From Leptonemataceae bacterium (GTDB lineage Bacteria > Spirochaetota > Leptospiria > Leptospirales > Leptonemataceae), in NCBI GenBank assembly GCA_965227295.1, contig OZ245742.1, forward strand, positions 5,312,001 through 5,376,000: DNA of 64,000 bases. The letters run 5' to 3'. Below are positions 53,727-63,912 of this stretch, one piece after another. The stretch's first letter is position 1; each line of letters begins with the position of its first letter. The notes below the pieces were generated by a model. It ran no database searches and was not told where the DNA came from. It saw nothing but the letters and a program-made list of their open reading frames with translations. A program made the position numbers and the translations under genes.

Positions 53727-55373
53727 ATGACGGACCCGGACGTTATACAGGAGCAGAAACCCGAGGTTTTTTCTGACATTCTGAAGAAAGCCAATGTCGG
53801 CCTTCTTCTGTATGACGGCCGGCGGCGACTTCTCTACGCCAACCAGTTCATGTTCGAACTGACGGGATATGCCCCGTCGGAAATCCTCGAAACCGGCTTC
53901 TTCGAACTTGTTCTCGATAGCGATGAAGAAGTCGAAAGTTATCGCGAAAAGCTGGATCTCACCGACCGCGAACCTCCATACGATTTTGATCTTGCCATTC
54001 AAAAGAAGGGCGGCGAGAAGATCGATCTCAACATCACCACTTCCCTTTTCGAAAACGAGGTCGATCCGTACCTCCTGCTGATCGTTCAGAACATTACGAA
54101 TCGCAAGGCCTTCGAACGCGTCATCGTCTCCAGTTTCGATAAGTTCATTCAGACCACCATTGAACTGGACACGGCGCTCAAGAAGATCCGCGATCAGAGC
54201 CGCGTCCTCGAAAACTACAAGGACAAGATCCAGAACGAACTCATGATCGCCAGCAGCGTCCAGCGCGCGATCATCCCGCAGCAGTTTCCGTCGACGGACA
54301 CCCTCGACATGTACGGCGTTTCGTTGCCGTGCAGCGAACTGGGCGGCGACTATCTCGACATCTTTCGCCTGGAACGCAATCGCCTGGGCATTCTGCTTGC
54401 CGACGTCTCCGGCCACGGCGTCCACGCGGCTTTGATCTCCGCCATGGCCAAGGTCTACTTCGTGAACTACAGCCGGCTCTACGCCGATCCGGCTCACGTC
54501 CTCGCGCGTGTGAACGCGGACCTGGGTAAGATCTTCAAGGGCACCGGCTTTTATTTGAGTGCCGTCTACAGCGTACTCGACCTCGATACCATGTCCATTC
54601 GCACGGCGACGGCCGGCCACGAGAACCCGGTCTGTTACATGGGCCAGAGCGGCGAACTCGTGCGCATCGGCAATCTGGACGGCGGCGCCATCCTGGGCAG
54701 CCTCGGCCCCTCGGAAGTCTACTACAAGTCCGCTACGAACCAGTTGGAGATCGGCTCCACGGTCGTCTATTACACCGACGGCATTCCCGAGGCGCGCAAC
54801 AAACGCCAGGAGTTCTACGGCGAGGAACGCCTGGAAACCTTTCTGAAAGAGAACTACTATCTCTCGGCCCAGGAGTTCGCGGACAAGATCCTCGAAGACA
54901 CGGACCGTTTTTATGAAGGCGCCGAACCCAACGACGATCGCACGTTGATCGTGTTGCACGTGACGAAGATGCCCACGGTCACTGCCGCGAAGGATCGCAT
55001 GGATTACATCCGCGAACACTTCAACACCGGCCAGGGTCTGCTGGACCGCAGCAAGTACGAAGACGCCATCGAAGAATTCGAAAAGATCCTCAGCCTGGAT
55101 CCGGAGTCTTTTCGCGCGCATCATTTCCTGGGACGTTCACTCTCCGGCCTCAAACGTTTCGAGGAGGCCGAGGATCATTTCCGCCAGGTCGTCGAGCTCA
55201 ACCCGGACTACTACCAGGGCTACTATCAGCTCGGCATCGTGCTTTACAACCAGGGCAAGTATCGCCACGCACATCGGGTCTGGACGACGTTACGCGAAAA
55301 GGCCGGCGAGTTCAAGAAAGTCAACGACTACCTGGCCATGGTGAACGCGCGCCTGAACGGTAACGGCGACTGA
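53727..55373 (+). CDS. PAS-SpoIIE(PP2C)-TPR phosphatase
   Basis: PAS (YAN..LTGY..E), coiled coil, LGGDY, ADVSGHG, AGH, YTDG..E, DDRT; C-terminal TPRs. Confidence 0.92.
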   Translation: MTDPDVIQEQKPEVFSDILKKANVGLLLYDGRRRLLYANQFMFELTGYAPSEILETGFFELVLDSDEEVESYREKLDLTDREPPYDFDLAIQKKGGEKIDLNITTSLFENEVDPYLLLIVQNITNRKAFERVIVSSFDKFIQTTIELDTALKKIRDQSRVLENYKDKIQNELMIASSVQRAIIPQQFPSTDTLDMYGVSLPCSELGGDYLDIFRLERNRLGILLADVSGHGVHAALISAMAKVYFVNYSRLYADPAHVLARVNADLGKIFKGTGFYLSAVYSVLDLDTMSIRTATAGHENPVCYMGQSGELVRIGNLDGGAILGSLGPSEVYYKSATNQLEIGSTVVYYTDGIPEARNKRQEFYGEERLETFLKENYYLSAQEFADKILEDTDRFYEGAEPNDDRTLIVLHVTKMPTVTAAKDRMDYIREHFNTGQGLLDRSKYEDAIEEFEKILSLDPESFRAHHFLGRSLSGLKRFEEAEDHFRQVVELNPDYYQGYYQLGIVLYNQGKYRHAHRVWTTLREKAGEFKKVNDYLAMVNARLNGNGD

Positions 55374-55473
55374 ACGGCAAATTTTGCCTGTACCGCTGAT
55401 CGCACGTGCGAACACGTCGGATCATGCGGATCCTTCGTTATTGTTTGCGCGTCACGGCACGCGTTCGATGAAG

Positions 55474-56214
55474 TTACGAAACATCATACTCAAAACCTAC
55501 TACGCCCACGTCCCGGGCCCGCAACGCCAGCGCTCCCGCGTATCCCGGTGCCGGGTCCAGATCCAATAACGTCCACTCGTCCTCGCGGAACTCCGGCTTC
55601 GCGAACCGCACGAAGCGCGCCTCCCGCTCCGGATGCAGCTCCACCTCGAATTCGTCGAGGGGTTGATTCAGTCCCAGGCCGATCGCTTTGATGAACGCCT
55701 CTTTGCGAGACCAGGCGAGAAAGAAACCGCGCACACGCAACGCGTCCGGTAGCGCCTTCCAGGTATCGAATTCCCCGGGCGCGAACTGCATGCGGGCAAT
55801 GTCGGTCATGGAATTCGGATCGCCGAAGTCACGCTCGCGCTCCACGTCCACGCCCAGTTCCTGCGCCGCCACGGCCAACAGGGCCAGCTCCGCGGAGTGA
55901 CTGAGATTGAAAGACAGGGCCCCATCGTCGAGATAGGGCTTGTCGTACTCGCCCGTACGAAAGCTGAGTTCCCGCGGATCGCGGCCCAGATAACCACCCA
56001 GGATACGTCGCTTCGCGGCGTGCGAAACGATGTAACTGCGGCGGTCGCGCTCGAAGACAAAGGCGTCGGCCTTGCGCCGTTCGGCGTCGTTTAGATCCTC
56101 GCGTATGAGTCCCGCATCGCCGCGAGCCAGATCGATCTTCCACACGTGCACGCCGGCCCCCAACTTCGCACGCAGGCTTGCGAATGATTCTTGCGGCGGA
56201 GCGTTCCAGAGCAT
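55474..56214 (-). CDS. Sfp-type 4'-phosphopantetheinyl transferase
   Basis: KP.L, FNLSHS, LGVDVE, WSRKEAFIKA.G.GL. Confidence 0.92.
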   Translation of the reverse strand: MLWNAPPQESFASLRAKLGAGVHVWKIDLARGDAGLIREDLNDAERRKADAFVFERDRRSYIVSHAAKRRILGGYLGRDPRELSFRTGEYDKPYLDDGALSFNLSHSAELALLAVAAQELGVDVERERDFGDPNSMTDIARMQFAPGEFDTWKALPDALRVRGFFLAWSRKEAFIKAIGLGLNQPLDEFEVELHPEREARFVRFAKPEFREDEWTLLDLDPAPGYAGALALRARDVGVVGFEYDVS

Positions 56215-56376
56215 ACTTTCGCGACGGCACTTCTCCGTTTGCCGAAGAATCGAAATGTGCCGATAATTATAGAAGAAATAGGATTGACCGTAGATGGGGA
56301 GGCCCGGAAGCTGGCAATTACCCTCTCTACTGTACTGAACTACTCAGTATCCCCGATCAACGTATATTCCCCTGAT

Positions 56377-56405
56377 TTCAAACAAAAATTATAATCAGGT
56401 ATAGT
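56377..56405 (+). promoter_or_regulatory. Candidate sigma-70 promoter for greA
   Basis: TTCAAA-N17-TATAGT in an AT-rich stretch, overlapped by the inverted repeat CCTGATT/AATCAGG (56371-56399). Confidence 0.35.
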
Positions 56406-56506
56406 TTCGTTTAAAGCCCGGCGTTGCCGGCCGCCGCCGCAAGCGTGCGTTGTTTGCATCTTCGCCCCTGGCGCAGATGATCCATTACAGAGGAACGGTT
56501 AAGAGC

Positions 56507-59269
56507 ATGTCACAACAGGTTACGGATAACGAAGTCAAGAATCCCATCGCCGAAAAAGCGATTCAACAGATCAACGAAGAGAAACTCGTCAAGGATCTGA
56601 GTAACCTCCAACTGAGCCGCCTGAAGGCTTTCGATGAACTCGCGGAAGAAATCCACGGCGGCGGTGATGCCGGCAAGGACAGCCGCGCCCTGCTGGAAGA
56701 AAACCTGAAGGAATCTCCGTCCTCTCTCGTTTCGCGCTACGTCCTCGGCAGTCTGGACATCCTCGAACAGGGCGAGGACGCCGAGGGTCGCATGCGGTCC
56801 CTGCTCTCCGAGTTTCAGAAGAGCGGCAAGTGGACCCTGGTCGATCACCTGGCCGACAAAATCCTGGAGGTCGACGACAAGAACCGCCACGCCCTGCGCG
56901 CCAAAGTCGAATCCACCGAACGCCTGAAGGGCAAAAAGGAACTGCGCCCGTACCTCGAACGCCTGGCGCGCATCGACCGCAAGAATCCCGACATCGTTAA
57001 GAAATACGCCCTCTCGATTCTGGAAGAGGAACCCGAGCAGGCCCTCCAGTACTTAAAGCAGGCCGGCGAAACCTACGCCCGCCTCAAGGACTACAAAAAC
57101 CTCGAGGAAATCTGGAACCTCATCGTCGAACACGATCACAACGATCTTCCGTTCTTCGAACGCCTCGAACGGATCATGGTGGGCAACCGCGAACGCACGC
57201 GCGTCGCCGCCTACCTCGTAACGCTGGTGGAACCGTTCAAGGCCGAGGAAAACTGGCCCGCGGTCATCACCATCTTAAAGAAAATCCTCGAATACGAACC
57301 CACGTCTTCCCGCGCCCGCTCGGACCTGGTTCGCGCCTATCGTGCGCAGTACGAGAACCACAGCCTGCTCGCCGAGTTCCTCAAGATGTCGGATCTCACG
57401 AACCACAAGAAGGCCGTGGGTCCGTGCATCGCCTCGTTCGAACGCAACATAGTCTTCGACAAAGACAACTACGTCTACCACCGCACCCGCGGCGTGGGCA
57501 AGATCCAGGAGATCGATAAGGACCAGGTCATCGTGGACTTCCGCGATAATCCCGGCCAGCGCATGTCGATTCAGATGGCCATCTCTTCGCTGCAACCGCT
57601 CATGGAAGATCACATCTGGGTGCGCTACTACGAAAATCCCGACGAAGTGAAAGAGATGTTCGAACAGGACGTCCCGCTCTTCTTCGAAACACTGCTCTCT
57701 TCTTTTAAACATAAGATGGTCATCGCCGAGATCAAAGTGGAGATCGTGCCGCGCTTTCTCGAAGCGAGCGCCTGGTCGCGCTGGTGGTCCAAGGCGCGGA
57801 CCCAGTTAAAGAAAGACCCGAAGTTCGGTTTCAACCCGCGCAAGAAGGACGAACTCGTCCTCCGCGAAACTCCGATGACGCTCTCCGAAGAAATGTCCCT
57901 GCGTTTCCAGAGCACCAACGACTGGAACAAACGCCTGGACATCGCGCTGGATACCCTCAAGGACTCCGATACCGAAGGCGCGGCCGAACTCTGCGTGCAG
58001 TTCTACCGCGAGAACGAAACGAACAAAGACGCGCTCAAGCAACTGCATTCGTATCTATTCCTGGAACTCGCCGGCCAGGCCATGGGCGAAGACATTACCG
58101 GGCGCAAGTTAAAGAAAGCCCACGTCCAGGACGTCTTCAAAAAGGCCGACGCGAAAGAACTGGTGCGCTGGTGCGCCGAAACGCCCATCGTGGAGTTCAA
58201 GCGTGAGATGGTGAATCTCATCATCCACAACCGCGAAGACTACACCGAAATCCTGAAAGAAATCCTCTTCGAGGTGCCCATCAAGATCAACCGTTACGTA
58301 CTGAACGAGCTGAACCGTCTGGGCCAACACGAAACCCTCGCCGCCTTCCTCAAACGCACGTTTCAGAAGTACCGCGACTACCCGGAAATCTTCCTGTGGG
58401 CCGCGAAGTCGATTCTCGGCGGCACGTGGACTCACGAATGGATCACCCAATCGAAAGAAGAAGTGATGCTGCGTGTCTTCCGTCTCCTGAAGCCGCTCGT
58501 GAACATCGAGAAGAAAGGCACGCGCCAGAAGAACAGTGCGCTGGAAACGATCTTCGGCTCCACGAACATTACCGTGGAAGGCCTCATGGAAAACGAGACC
58601 CTCGTCGAAATCGTGAAGAACGCCGACGGCTCGACCCTGCGCCGCATGTACGCCCTCTTCCGCGAGGTCCCGTACGCGGCGGACGCGCACAAAGAAAACT
58701 TCCTGGCGTTCATTCAGGAATTGCACCCGGACTTTTCGATGGAGAGCGCCGAGGACGCCGACGACGACTACGAGGACGAAGAAGAGGAAGACCTCTTTCC
58801 GCCGGCGGACGTCATTCTCGTTTCGCCCATGGCCCTGGAAAAACGCCGCGCGTATCTCGATCACCTGATCAACGTCGAAATGCCTTCGAACTCCCGCGAC
58901 ATCGGCGAGGCCCAGGAGAAAGGGGACTTGCGCGAGAACGCCGAATACAAGGCGGCCATGGAGAAACAATCCCAGCTCCAGGCGGAAATCAAAAACGTCA
59001 GCGAAGAAATCAAGAAGGCCCGGGCCCTGCGCAAAGACGAAATCCGCGACGACGTCGTTTCCATCGGCGTGCGCGTGGAACTGAAAAACCAGTCCGGTGA
59101 GGACCTGGCCTATACGATCCTCGGCCCCTGGGACGCGGACACGGAGAAGATGATCATCTCCTACGCATCGCCCCTGGCCCAGGCGCTCATCGGCAAGAAA
59201 GCCGGTGAAGAAGCGAAACTCGAAGACGGCCAGACGTTCAAAATCGAAAGCTTCGCGCCGTTCTTATAA
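56507..59269 (+). CDS. greA: Long-form transcription elongation factor GreA (large N-terminal helical region)
   Basis: C-terminal A.EKGDLRENAEYKAA, YTILGPWDAD..ISY.SPLA..L.GK; ~760-aa N-terminal extension as in spirochaete/chlamydial GreA. Confidence 0.93.
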   Translation: MSQQVTDNEVKNPIAEKAIQQINEEKLVKDLSNLQLSRLKAFDELAEEIHGGGDAGKDSRALLEENLKESPSSLVSRYVLGSLDILEQGEDAEGRMRSLLSEFQKSGKWTLVDHLADKILEVDDKNRHALRAKVESTERLKGKKELRPYLERLARIDRKNPDIVKKYALSILEEEPEQALQYLKQAGETYARLKDYKNLEEIWNLIVEHDHNDLPFFERLERIMVGNRERTRVAAYLVTLVEPFKAEENWPAVITILKKILEYEPTSSRARSDLVRAYRAQYENHSLLAEFLKMSDLTNHKKAVGPCIASFERNIVFDKDNYVYHRTRGVGKIQEIDKDQVIVDFRDNPGQRMSIQMAISSLQPLMEDHIWVRYYENPDEVKEMFEQDVPLFFETLLSSFKHKMVIAEIKVEIVPRFLEASAWSRWWSKARTQLKKDPKFGFNPRKKDELVLRETPMTLSEEMSLRFQSTNDWNKRLDIALDTLKDSDTEGAAELCVQFYRENETNKDALKQLHSYLFLELAGQAMGEDITGRKLKKAHVQDVFKKADAKELVRWCAETPIVEFKREMVNLIIHNREDYTEILKEILFEVPIKINRYVLNELNRLGQHETLAAFLKRTFQKYRDYPEIFLWAAKSILGGTWTHEWITQSKEEVMLRVFRLLKPLVNIEKKGTRQKNSALETIFGSTNITVEGLMENETLVEIVKNADGSTLRRMYALFREVPYAADAHKENFLAFIQELHPDFSMESAEDADDDYEDEEEEDLFPPADVILVSPMALEKRRAYLDHLINVEMPSNSRDIGEAQEKGDLRENAEYKAAMEKQSQLQAEIKNVSEEIKKARALRKDEIRDDVVSIGVRVELKNQSGEDLAYTILGPWDADTEKMIISYASPLAQALIGKKAGEEAKLEDGQTFKIESFAPFL

Positions 59270-59309
59270 TTCGGGCCCCCGAATCAAAAGGGCGAATGCC
59301 GGGTAATTC

Positions 59310-59439
59310 TTTTTTGGGCGCCCCCGCCGCCTTCGGCGGCGGTCGGGCTGCTCCGGGCTCGCTATTCGCTCGTTCCTCCGCGCGTTGCGCTACGGAATTG
59401 CGCCTTCGGCGCAACCCTGCGCATCCCTGGCGCGAAGAA
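59310..59439 (+). repeat. Structured intergenic repeat, full copy
   Basis: TTTTTTGGGCG-CCGCCGCC/GGCGGCGG-TCGGGCT-GCTCCGGGCTC..TTCC/GGAA-TTGCGCC/GGCGCAA-CCCTGCGC-ATCCCTGGCGCGAAGAA. Confidence 0.9.
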
Positions 59440-59515
59440 CGAAGTCCCGCCAACTCTCATCTTTTGCTGGACAAACCGATAAACTCTTTAGATTATCAGG
59501 TCCGGTTCGCAAACG

Positions 59516-61303
59516 ATGCGTAACATCCTTTCCACAAACATTACGTCTCCCCTCTTCCGCTCGGTGACCTCGGTGTCTCGGTGGTTGATCTTTCTTTCCC
59601 TCACGGCACTCACGATACCGGCCTACGCTCAGTTCGGCGGCCTGCTCGATAACGTCACAAAGTCCGCCGAGGACAGCGTGAAGGCGTCGGCGAAGTCCCT
59701 CGAAGATTCCGCGAAGAAAACCGTCGAAGACACGCAAAAGCAACTCGAGGACAGCGCCAACAAGGCCGTCGACGACGCGAAAAAACAGGTCGAGGCCACG
59801 CAAAAGCAACTCGAAGACCAGGCCAACAAGGCCGTGAACGACGCGAAGAAGCAGGTCGACGACGCGCAAAAGAATCTGGAACGCCAGGTCCAGGAGACGC
59901 AGCAGCGCGCCATCAACGCGGCGACGCAACCGTTGAACGACGCCACCCGCAGCGTCAACGAAAGTATCCAGAAGAACACCCGCGGCCTGGTGCCCGGCGT
60001 GCGTCTGGATACCGGCAACTCCGGCAATCAGTCGCAGCCGGCGGCGAGTACAAACAGCAATCAAACTCAGCCGACCGGCAATGCGGACAATCGCTCCACC
60101 GCCGCAGGCAACAAGCGCGGCAATTCTCGAACGACGGACGATTCCGGTACGGTGCGCGGTGACAATCGTCGTCCGACTTCCACGCGCAGCACCGGCAGTA
60201 ACTCCGGCGGCAACGCGGGCAACAGCACTGCTGCCGAAACGGAAACAGAAACGGCCACCGAAACCGACGAACCGATCGATGCCACGGGTTTCGGTGACGC
60301 CGACGTCGCCGGCTTCGTAGATCCGATCATCCGCCGGTCCATGCAGCGCCACAATACGCCGGGCAGCGTCGTCTGCCTGGTGCAAAACGGACGCGTCTAC
60401 TTTTTGCGCGGCTACGGCTACGCCGACGTGGCGGATCGGGTGCAGGCGGATCCGTGGCGCTTGCGTTTTCCGGTGGGACAGATCTCGTCGGTCTTCACCG
60501 CGGCGGCGATCCTGCAGTCCCGGGACCGCGGACTCCTGGAACTGAACACCCCCGCGCGCTACTATCTGCGCGAGACGCTGCCGCGCTACGACGGTCGGCG
60601 CATCACCATAGAACATCTCCTGGAACGGCGTACCGGCTTCGCCCCGCTCCGGGACAACGGCGGCGTGGAAAACCGCAATCTGCTTAAGTCACTTTCAGAC
60701 TATGTTTACGAGCGGCGCCCGCGTTTGAACTCCCGGGACACCGGCCCGTCGGACTACGAGATCGGCGTTCTGGGCTACATCCTGGAACGCAAATACCAGA
60801 GCAGCTTTGCCGATCACATGCGCCGCTCGTTTCTTTATCCCCTGGGCATGCGCAACAGCACGTTCGACCACCTGGAGGACGACGATCGCACGGCGAAGTC
60901 TTATCGTTTCAGCAACGGGAGCTACACGAAACTACCGGAACTCTACTACTCTCCCGCCCCGGCCCTCGGTCTGCGCACCAGCGCCGGCGACATGGCGCGC
61001 TTCATGGCCATGCTGCTCGACGACGGCCTGCTCGGAACGGTGCGCATCCTCAATCCCGACAGCATCCGACGCATGCTGCCGCCGTCCGAGGCGGGTACCG
61101 AACGGCGCTTCGCCTACGGCCTCGAACCCTTCCAGCGCGGCCGGGCCCGCGGCTACATCCGCCGCGGTTCGCTGAGCGGTTACGCCGCGGTGATGGTCCT
61201 GTTGCCGGAACGCAAGGCGGGCATCTTCATCGCCCAGAACAACTACGCCCCGGACATGTACGAAACAGTGATGCGCTCGGTCATCGACGAATTCTTCCAG
61301 TAA
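59516..61303 (+). CDS. Secreted beta-lactamase/serine-hydrolase-fold protein with N-terminal amphipathic repeats; catalytic motifs degenerate
   Basis: Signal peptide; PG....V..G...GYG.AD, IT..HLL...G, PLGM..STF, GL.TSA.DMARF; QISS in place of SxxK. Confidence 0.85.
   Translation: MRNILSTNITSPLFRSVTSVSRWLIFLSLTALTIPAYAQFGGLLDNVTKSAEDSVKASAKSLEDSAKKTVEDTQKQLEDSANKAVDDAKKQVEATQKQLEDQANKAVNDAKKQVDDAQKNLERQVQETQQRAINAATQPLNDATRSVNESIQKNTRGLVPGVRLDTGNSGNQSQPAASTNSNQTQPTGNADNRSTAAGNKRGNSRTTDDSGTVRGDNRRPTSTRSTGSNSGGNAGNSTAAETETETATETDEPIDATGFGDADVAGFVDPIIRRSMQRHNTPGSVVCLVQNGRVYFLRGYGYADVADRVQADPWRLRFPVGQISSVFTAAAILQSRDRGLLELNTPARYYLRETLPRYDGRRITIEHLLERRTGFAPLRDNGGVENRNLLKSLSDYVYERRPRLNSRDTGPSDYEIGVLGYILERKYQSSFADHMRRSFLYPLGMRNSTFDHLEDDDRTAKSYRFSNGSYTKLPELYYSPAPALGLRTSAGDMARFMAMLLDDGLLGTVRILNPDSIRRMLPPSEAGTERRFAYGLEPFQRGRARGYIRRGSLSGYAAVMVLLPERKAGIFIAQNNYAPDMYETVMRSVIDEFFQ
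59731..59880 (+). repeat. 66-bp coding tandem repeat (22-aa unit TQKQLED.ANKAV.DAKKQV..)
   Basis: CACGCAAAAGCAACTCGA at 59731 and 59797, with a third degenerate start at 59863. Confidence 0.85.
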
Positions 61304-61430
61304 GAACAGTCTTTCGCCGCGAAAATTCCACTTACCGGAACGCCTGCGACAAACCGGCCAATCATATAAATCAAAACACGAACGATCACACTATTTTGCT
61401 TTCTCGTTCTTCCCCCGGAGTCAGCATGAC

Positions 61431-63413
61431 ATGGTGAAGTACTTCGCTGCTCTTGTGATCACTGCGGCCGCCCTGCTCGGAGCCTCCTGCCGCCAGGACA
61501 CTTCCTGCCTGGCCATCGACATTGAATGCAATCCGTTCCTGGGCCTCGCCTGGTCTTACATTCCCCCGCCGGTCATTGGAGACCCGGCCCCGGTTTACGC
61601 GAACGCAACGAACATCAACGATTACATCAGCAACGACGGCACCGGACCGACGACGGCCACGGGAACTGCGTGCAACACCGGCGGCAACGGCTACAACGCC
61701 TGCCTGCACGGCGCCTTCCTGCGCACCGCCGCCATCGCGAGAGCGGTTTCGTGCACGGGGCTCACCATCGCCGATGATCGCAACGTCCTGGAGTGGGTCT
61801 GCGACGACAGCGCCGGAGTCGTCCGGGCCGTATCCCTCGGATTAAAACCGGGCGTCGGACTCGCGGACCTCATCGACTTCAATACCCTTAGCTTTCATCC
61901 GCTGCAAATTACGCTTTCGCAAAACGGCACCGCCGTTTCGACGAGCGACAGCAGCGTGTTCTGGATGAATCCCATCGTCGTCGACAACGACGGCATCGGC
62001 TTCGGCCAGGCATCAAGCGGCACCATCAACGTCGTCACCCAGTCCACGAACGCGCTCTACGCCCTGGACGTGGAGCGCGCGGCCCTGGTCATGCAACCGG
62101 GATTCACCATGTCCGGCACCGTGGCCGGCAGTGAAACGATCATCCAGGCCGCGGCGGCGAATCATCTCTGGGTGGAAGTCAGCGTCGACCTGACCGGCGA
62201 CACCACGGGCATTCTGTTCAGCGCCACGAATTTTTCGGTGCTGCGCAACAGCTCCGTAAAGAACTGCACCGCCGGCCTGAACGTTACGCAGTTCACCAAC
62301 TCCGCGCGCAGCAACTACATCAGCGGCCTGCGCATTGCCGAGCCCGGTAACTGTAGCTCGGTTCAACTGGACAGCGGCGCGACCTACAACACCTTCGAAC
62401 GCATTGTCGTCGGCAACGGCAACACCCTGCTCGCTCGCCTCCAATCGCCGGCACCGTTCAACAGCTTCATCGATTTCACCGGCTTCGCCGCCGGCGGCAA
62501 CCCCGTGACCAACATCGGCGGCAACGATCTGGTCCTGGTCAATGCGACCCTGGCCGCGTCCGGCAGCCGGGGCTACGTGGCCACCGCACCGACGCACCTG
62601 GTCCTCCAGAACGTGGCGACTACGAACCACGCCTTTCACGGCGTCGAGTCCAGCAGTCCCGGTAACAATACCGTGGTAAACCTGGCCTCGGCGAACAACA
62701 CCCAGCTTGGCATAAACCTGAACACGTCATCCAACAATCAGTTTCGCGGCGTTCTGAAAACAGGCAACAATCTCGGCGGCCCCTGCGGAGTCGCCGGCGG
62801 CACGGCGCCGGGCCTCATCAGTCTCACGTGCACGGACAGCGGCGCGGACGGTTCCAGCAGTTACACCGGACAGAACTCCGACGCCGTCTTTACGAGCACG
62901 CTCGATTTTAGCAGCGGCGTATTCATCGGTCGCGTTACGAGCGACGACGCCGCGAACACCCAGGACGGGAACGGCCTCTTGCTCTGGGACTCGCTCACGG
63001 ACTTCCTGACGTTCGATAACCGCTACCGCGCCTGGGCCCAGGAAACCACGGGCATTACCGACACGAACCTGCGCACGGCGTGTTCCTCGGGATCGAACTG
63101 CCGCATCTACGACTGGTCCTTAAGTTCTTCCGATACACAGTTACGCAACGTAAATGCGATCGTCACGAACAACGGCACGACCACCCATACGTTCAGCGAC
63201 GGCAGCACCGCCACGTTTCTTACGTTCGCCGCCGAAATCCTGGGCGACTCCACCGGCAATGAAAACGGCCTGTGCGAATCGAACGAACGCTGCCTGTATT
63301 CGCCGAACATCGGCTCTTACCAGGGGCATGGCGACGTCAGCGAAGTCGGCACGGTGGCCGCGGACAGCGTCACGAACGTGACGTTGTACCAATACGCTAC
63401 GAACGGAAGATGA
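61431..63413 (+). CDS. Surface lipoprotein, probable parallel beta-helix protein
   Basis: Lipobox LLGASC; N/T/S/G-rich repeats (N.....N...GI....S.NN); Cys-rich ends (GNENGLCESNERC). Confidence 0.75.
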   Translation: MVKYFAALVITAAALLGASCRQDTSCLAIDIECNPFLGLAWSYIPPPVIGDPAPVYANATNINDYISNDGTGPTTATGTACNTGGNGYNACLHGAFLRTAAIARAVSCTGLTIADDRNVLEWVCDDSAGVVRAVSLGLKPGVGLADLIDFNTLSFHPLQITLSQNGTAVSTSDSSVFWMNPIVVDNDGIGFGQASSGTINVVTQSTNALYALDVERAALVMQPGFTMSGTVAGSETIIQAAAANHLWVEVSVDLTGDTTGILFSATNFSVLRNSSVKNCTAGLNVTQFTNSARSNYISGLRIAEPGNCSSVQLDSGATYNTFERIVVGNGNTLLARLQSPAPFNSFIDFTGFAAGGNPVTNIGGNDLVLVNATLAASGSRGYVATAPTHLVLQNVATTNHAFHGVESSSPGNNTVVNLASANNTQLGINLNTSSNNQFRGVLKTGNNLGGPCGVAGGTAPGLISLTCTDSGADGSSSYTGQNSDAVFTSTLDFSSGVFIGRVTSDDAANTQDGNGLLLWDSLTDFLTFDNRYRAWAQETTGITDTNLRTACSSGSNCRIYDWSLSSSDTQLRNVNAIVTNNGTTTHTFSDGSTATFLTFAAEILGDSTGNENGLCESNERCLYSPNIGSYQGHGDVSEVGTVAADSVTNVTLYQYATNGR

Positions 63414-63489
63414 GAGTTTTCGGTACCCGTCCAGATTTCGCCTTATGCGCGGCGAAGAAGAAAAGCAACCGAGTATCTGGAGTCACGTT

Positions 63490-63740
63490 TGCGGCAACCA
63501 GCTTCATGAAAGCGATCCGAATCGTGCCGCATATCGCACAGAAGAGCCGGTCCAGCGCCGTCGATTATCGAACCGCCCGCAGCCCCGCCTATGCAAGAAG
63601 TCAACGGCGGCGCAAAGCCGTTGAAGAAATCTTCGGCTGGCTGAAGTCGATCGGTCTGTGCAGGAAGATGCGTTTTCGCGGCCCGCACCGCGTCGGGTGG
63701 ATTTTCCGCTTCGCTGTTGCCGGATTAGAAACCTGGAGTC
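63490..63740 (+). pseudogene. IS5/IS1182-like transposase C-terminal remnant
   Basis: PHIAQ..SAVD.RT.R...YA.SQRRRK.VEE.FGW.K....RK.RFRG...V...F.FA; no N-terminal DDE part; apparent frameshift before the terminal NL. Confidence 0.75.
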
Positions 63741-63780
63741 GCCAGCCGCGTGATTGCAACTATTAACTTGAGAATATTAA

Positions 63781-63912
63781 GCGTTAGGGATGCACAGAGT
63801 GCCGCACAGCGGCAGTCCGGAGCGCGAAGCGCGGAGGACCGAAGCGAAGCGGAGCCCGGAGCAGCCCGGCGCCCGGCCGGCTTCGCGGCCCGGCCGGGCG
63901 CAACGCCCAAAA
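63781..63912 (-). repeat. Structured intergenic repeat, full copy
   Basis: Reverse complement reads TTTTGGGCG-GCGCCCGGCCGG/CCGGCCGGGCGC-CGGGCT-GCTCCGGGCTC..CGGTC..GAC-TGCCGC/GCGGCA-..ATCCCTAACGC. Confidence 0.88.

Noticed and set aside
55474..56214. Sfp PPTase as marker of an NRPS/PKS cluster
   Set aside because: No carrier-protein, KS, A or C domains in the window.
56328..56349. E. coli-type LexA box (TACTG...CAGTA)
   Set aside because: CTG-CAG spacing is 7 or 12, not 10.
56507..59269. Oversized GreA as a novel fusion
   Set aside because: Long GreA forms are already known in spirochaetes and chlamydiae; used only as a taxonomic clue.
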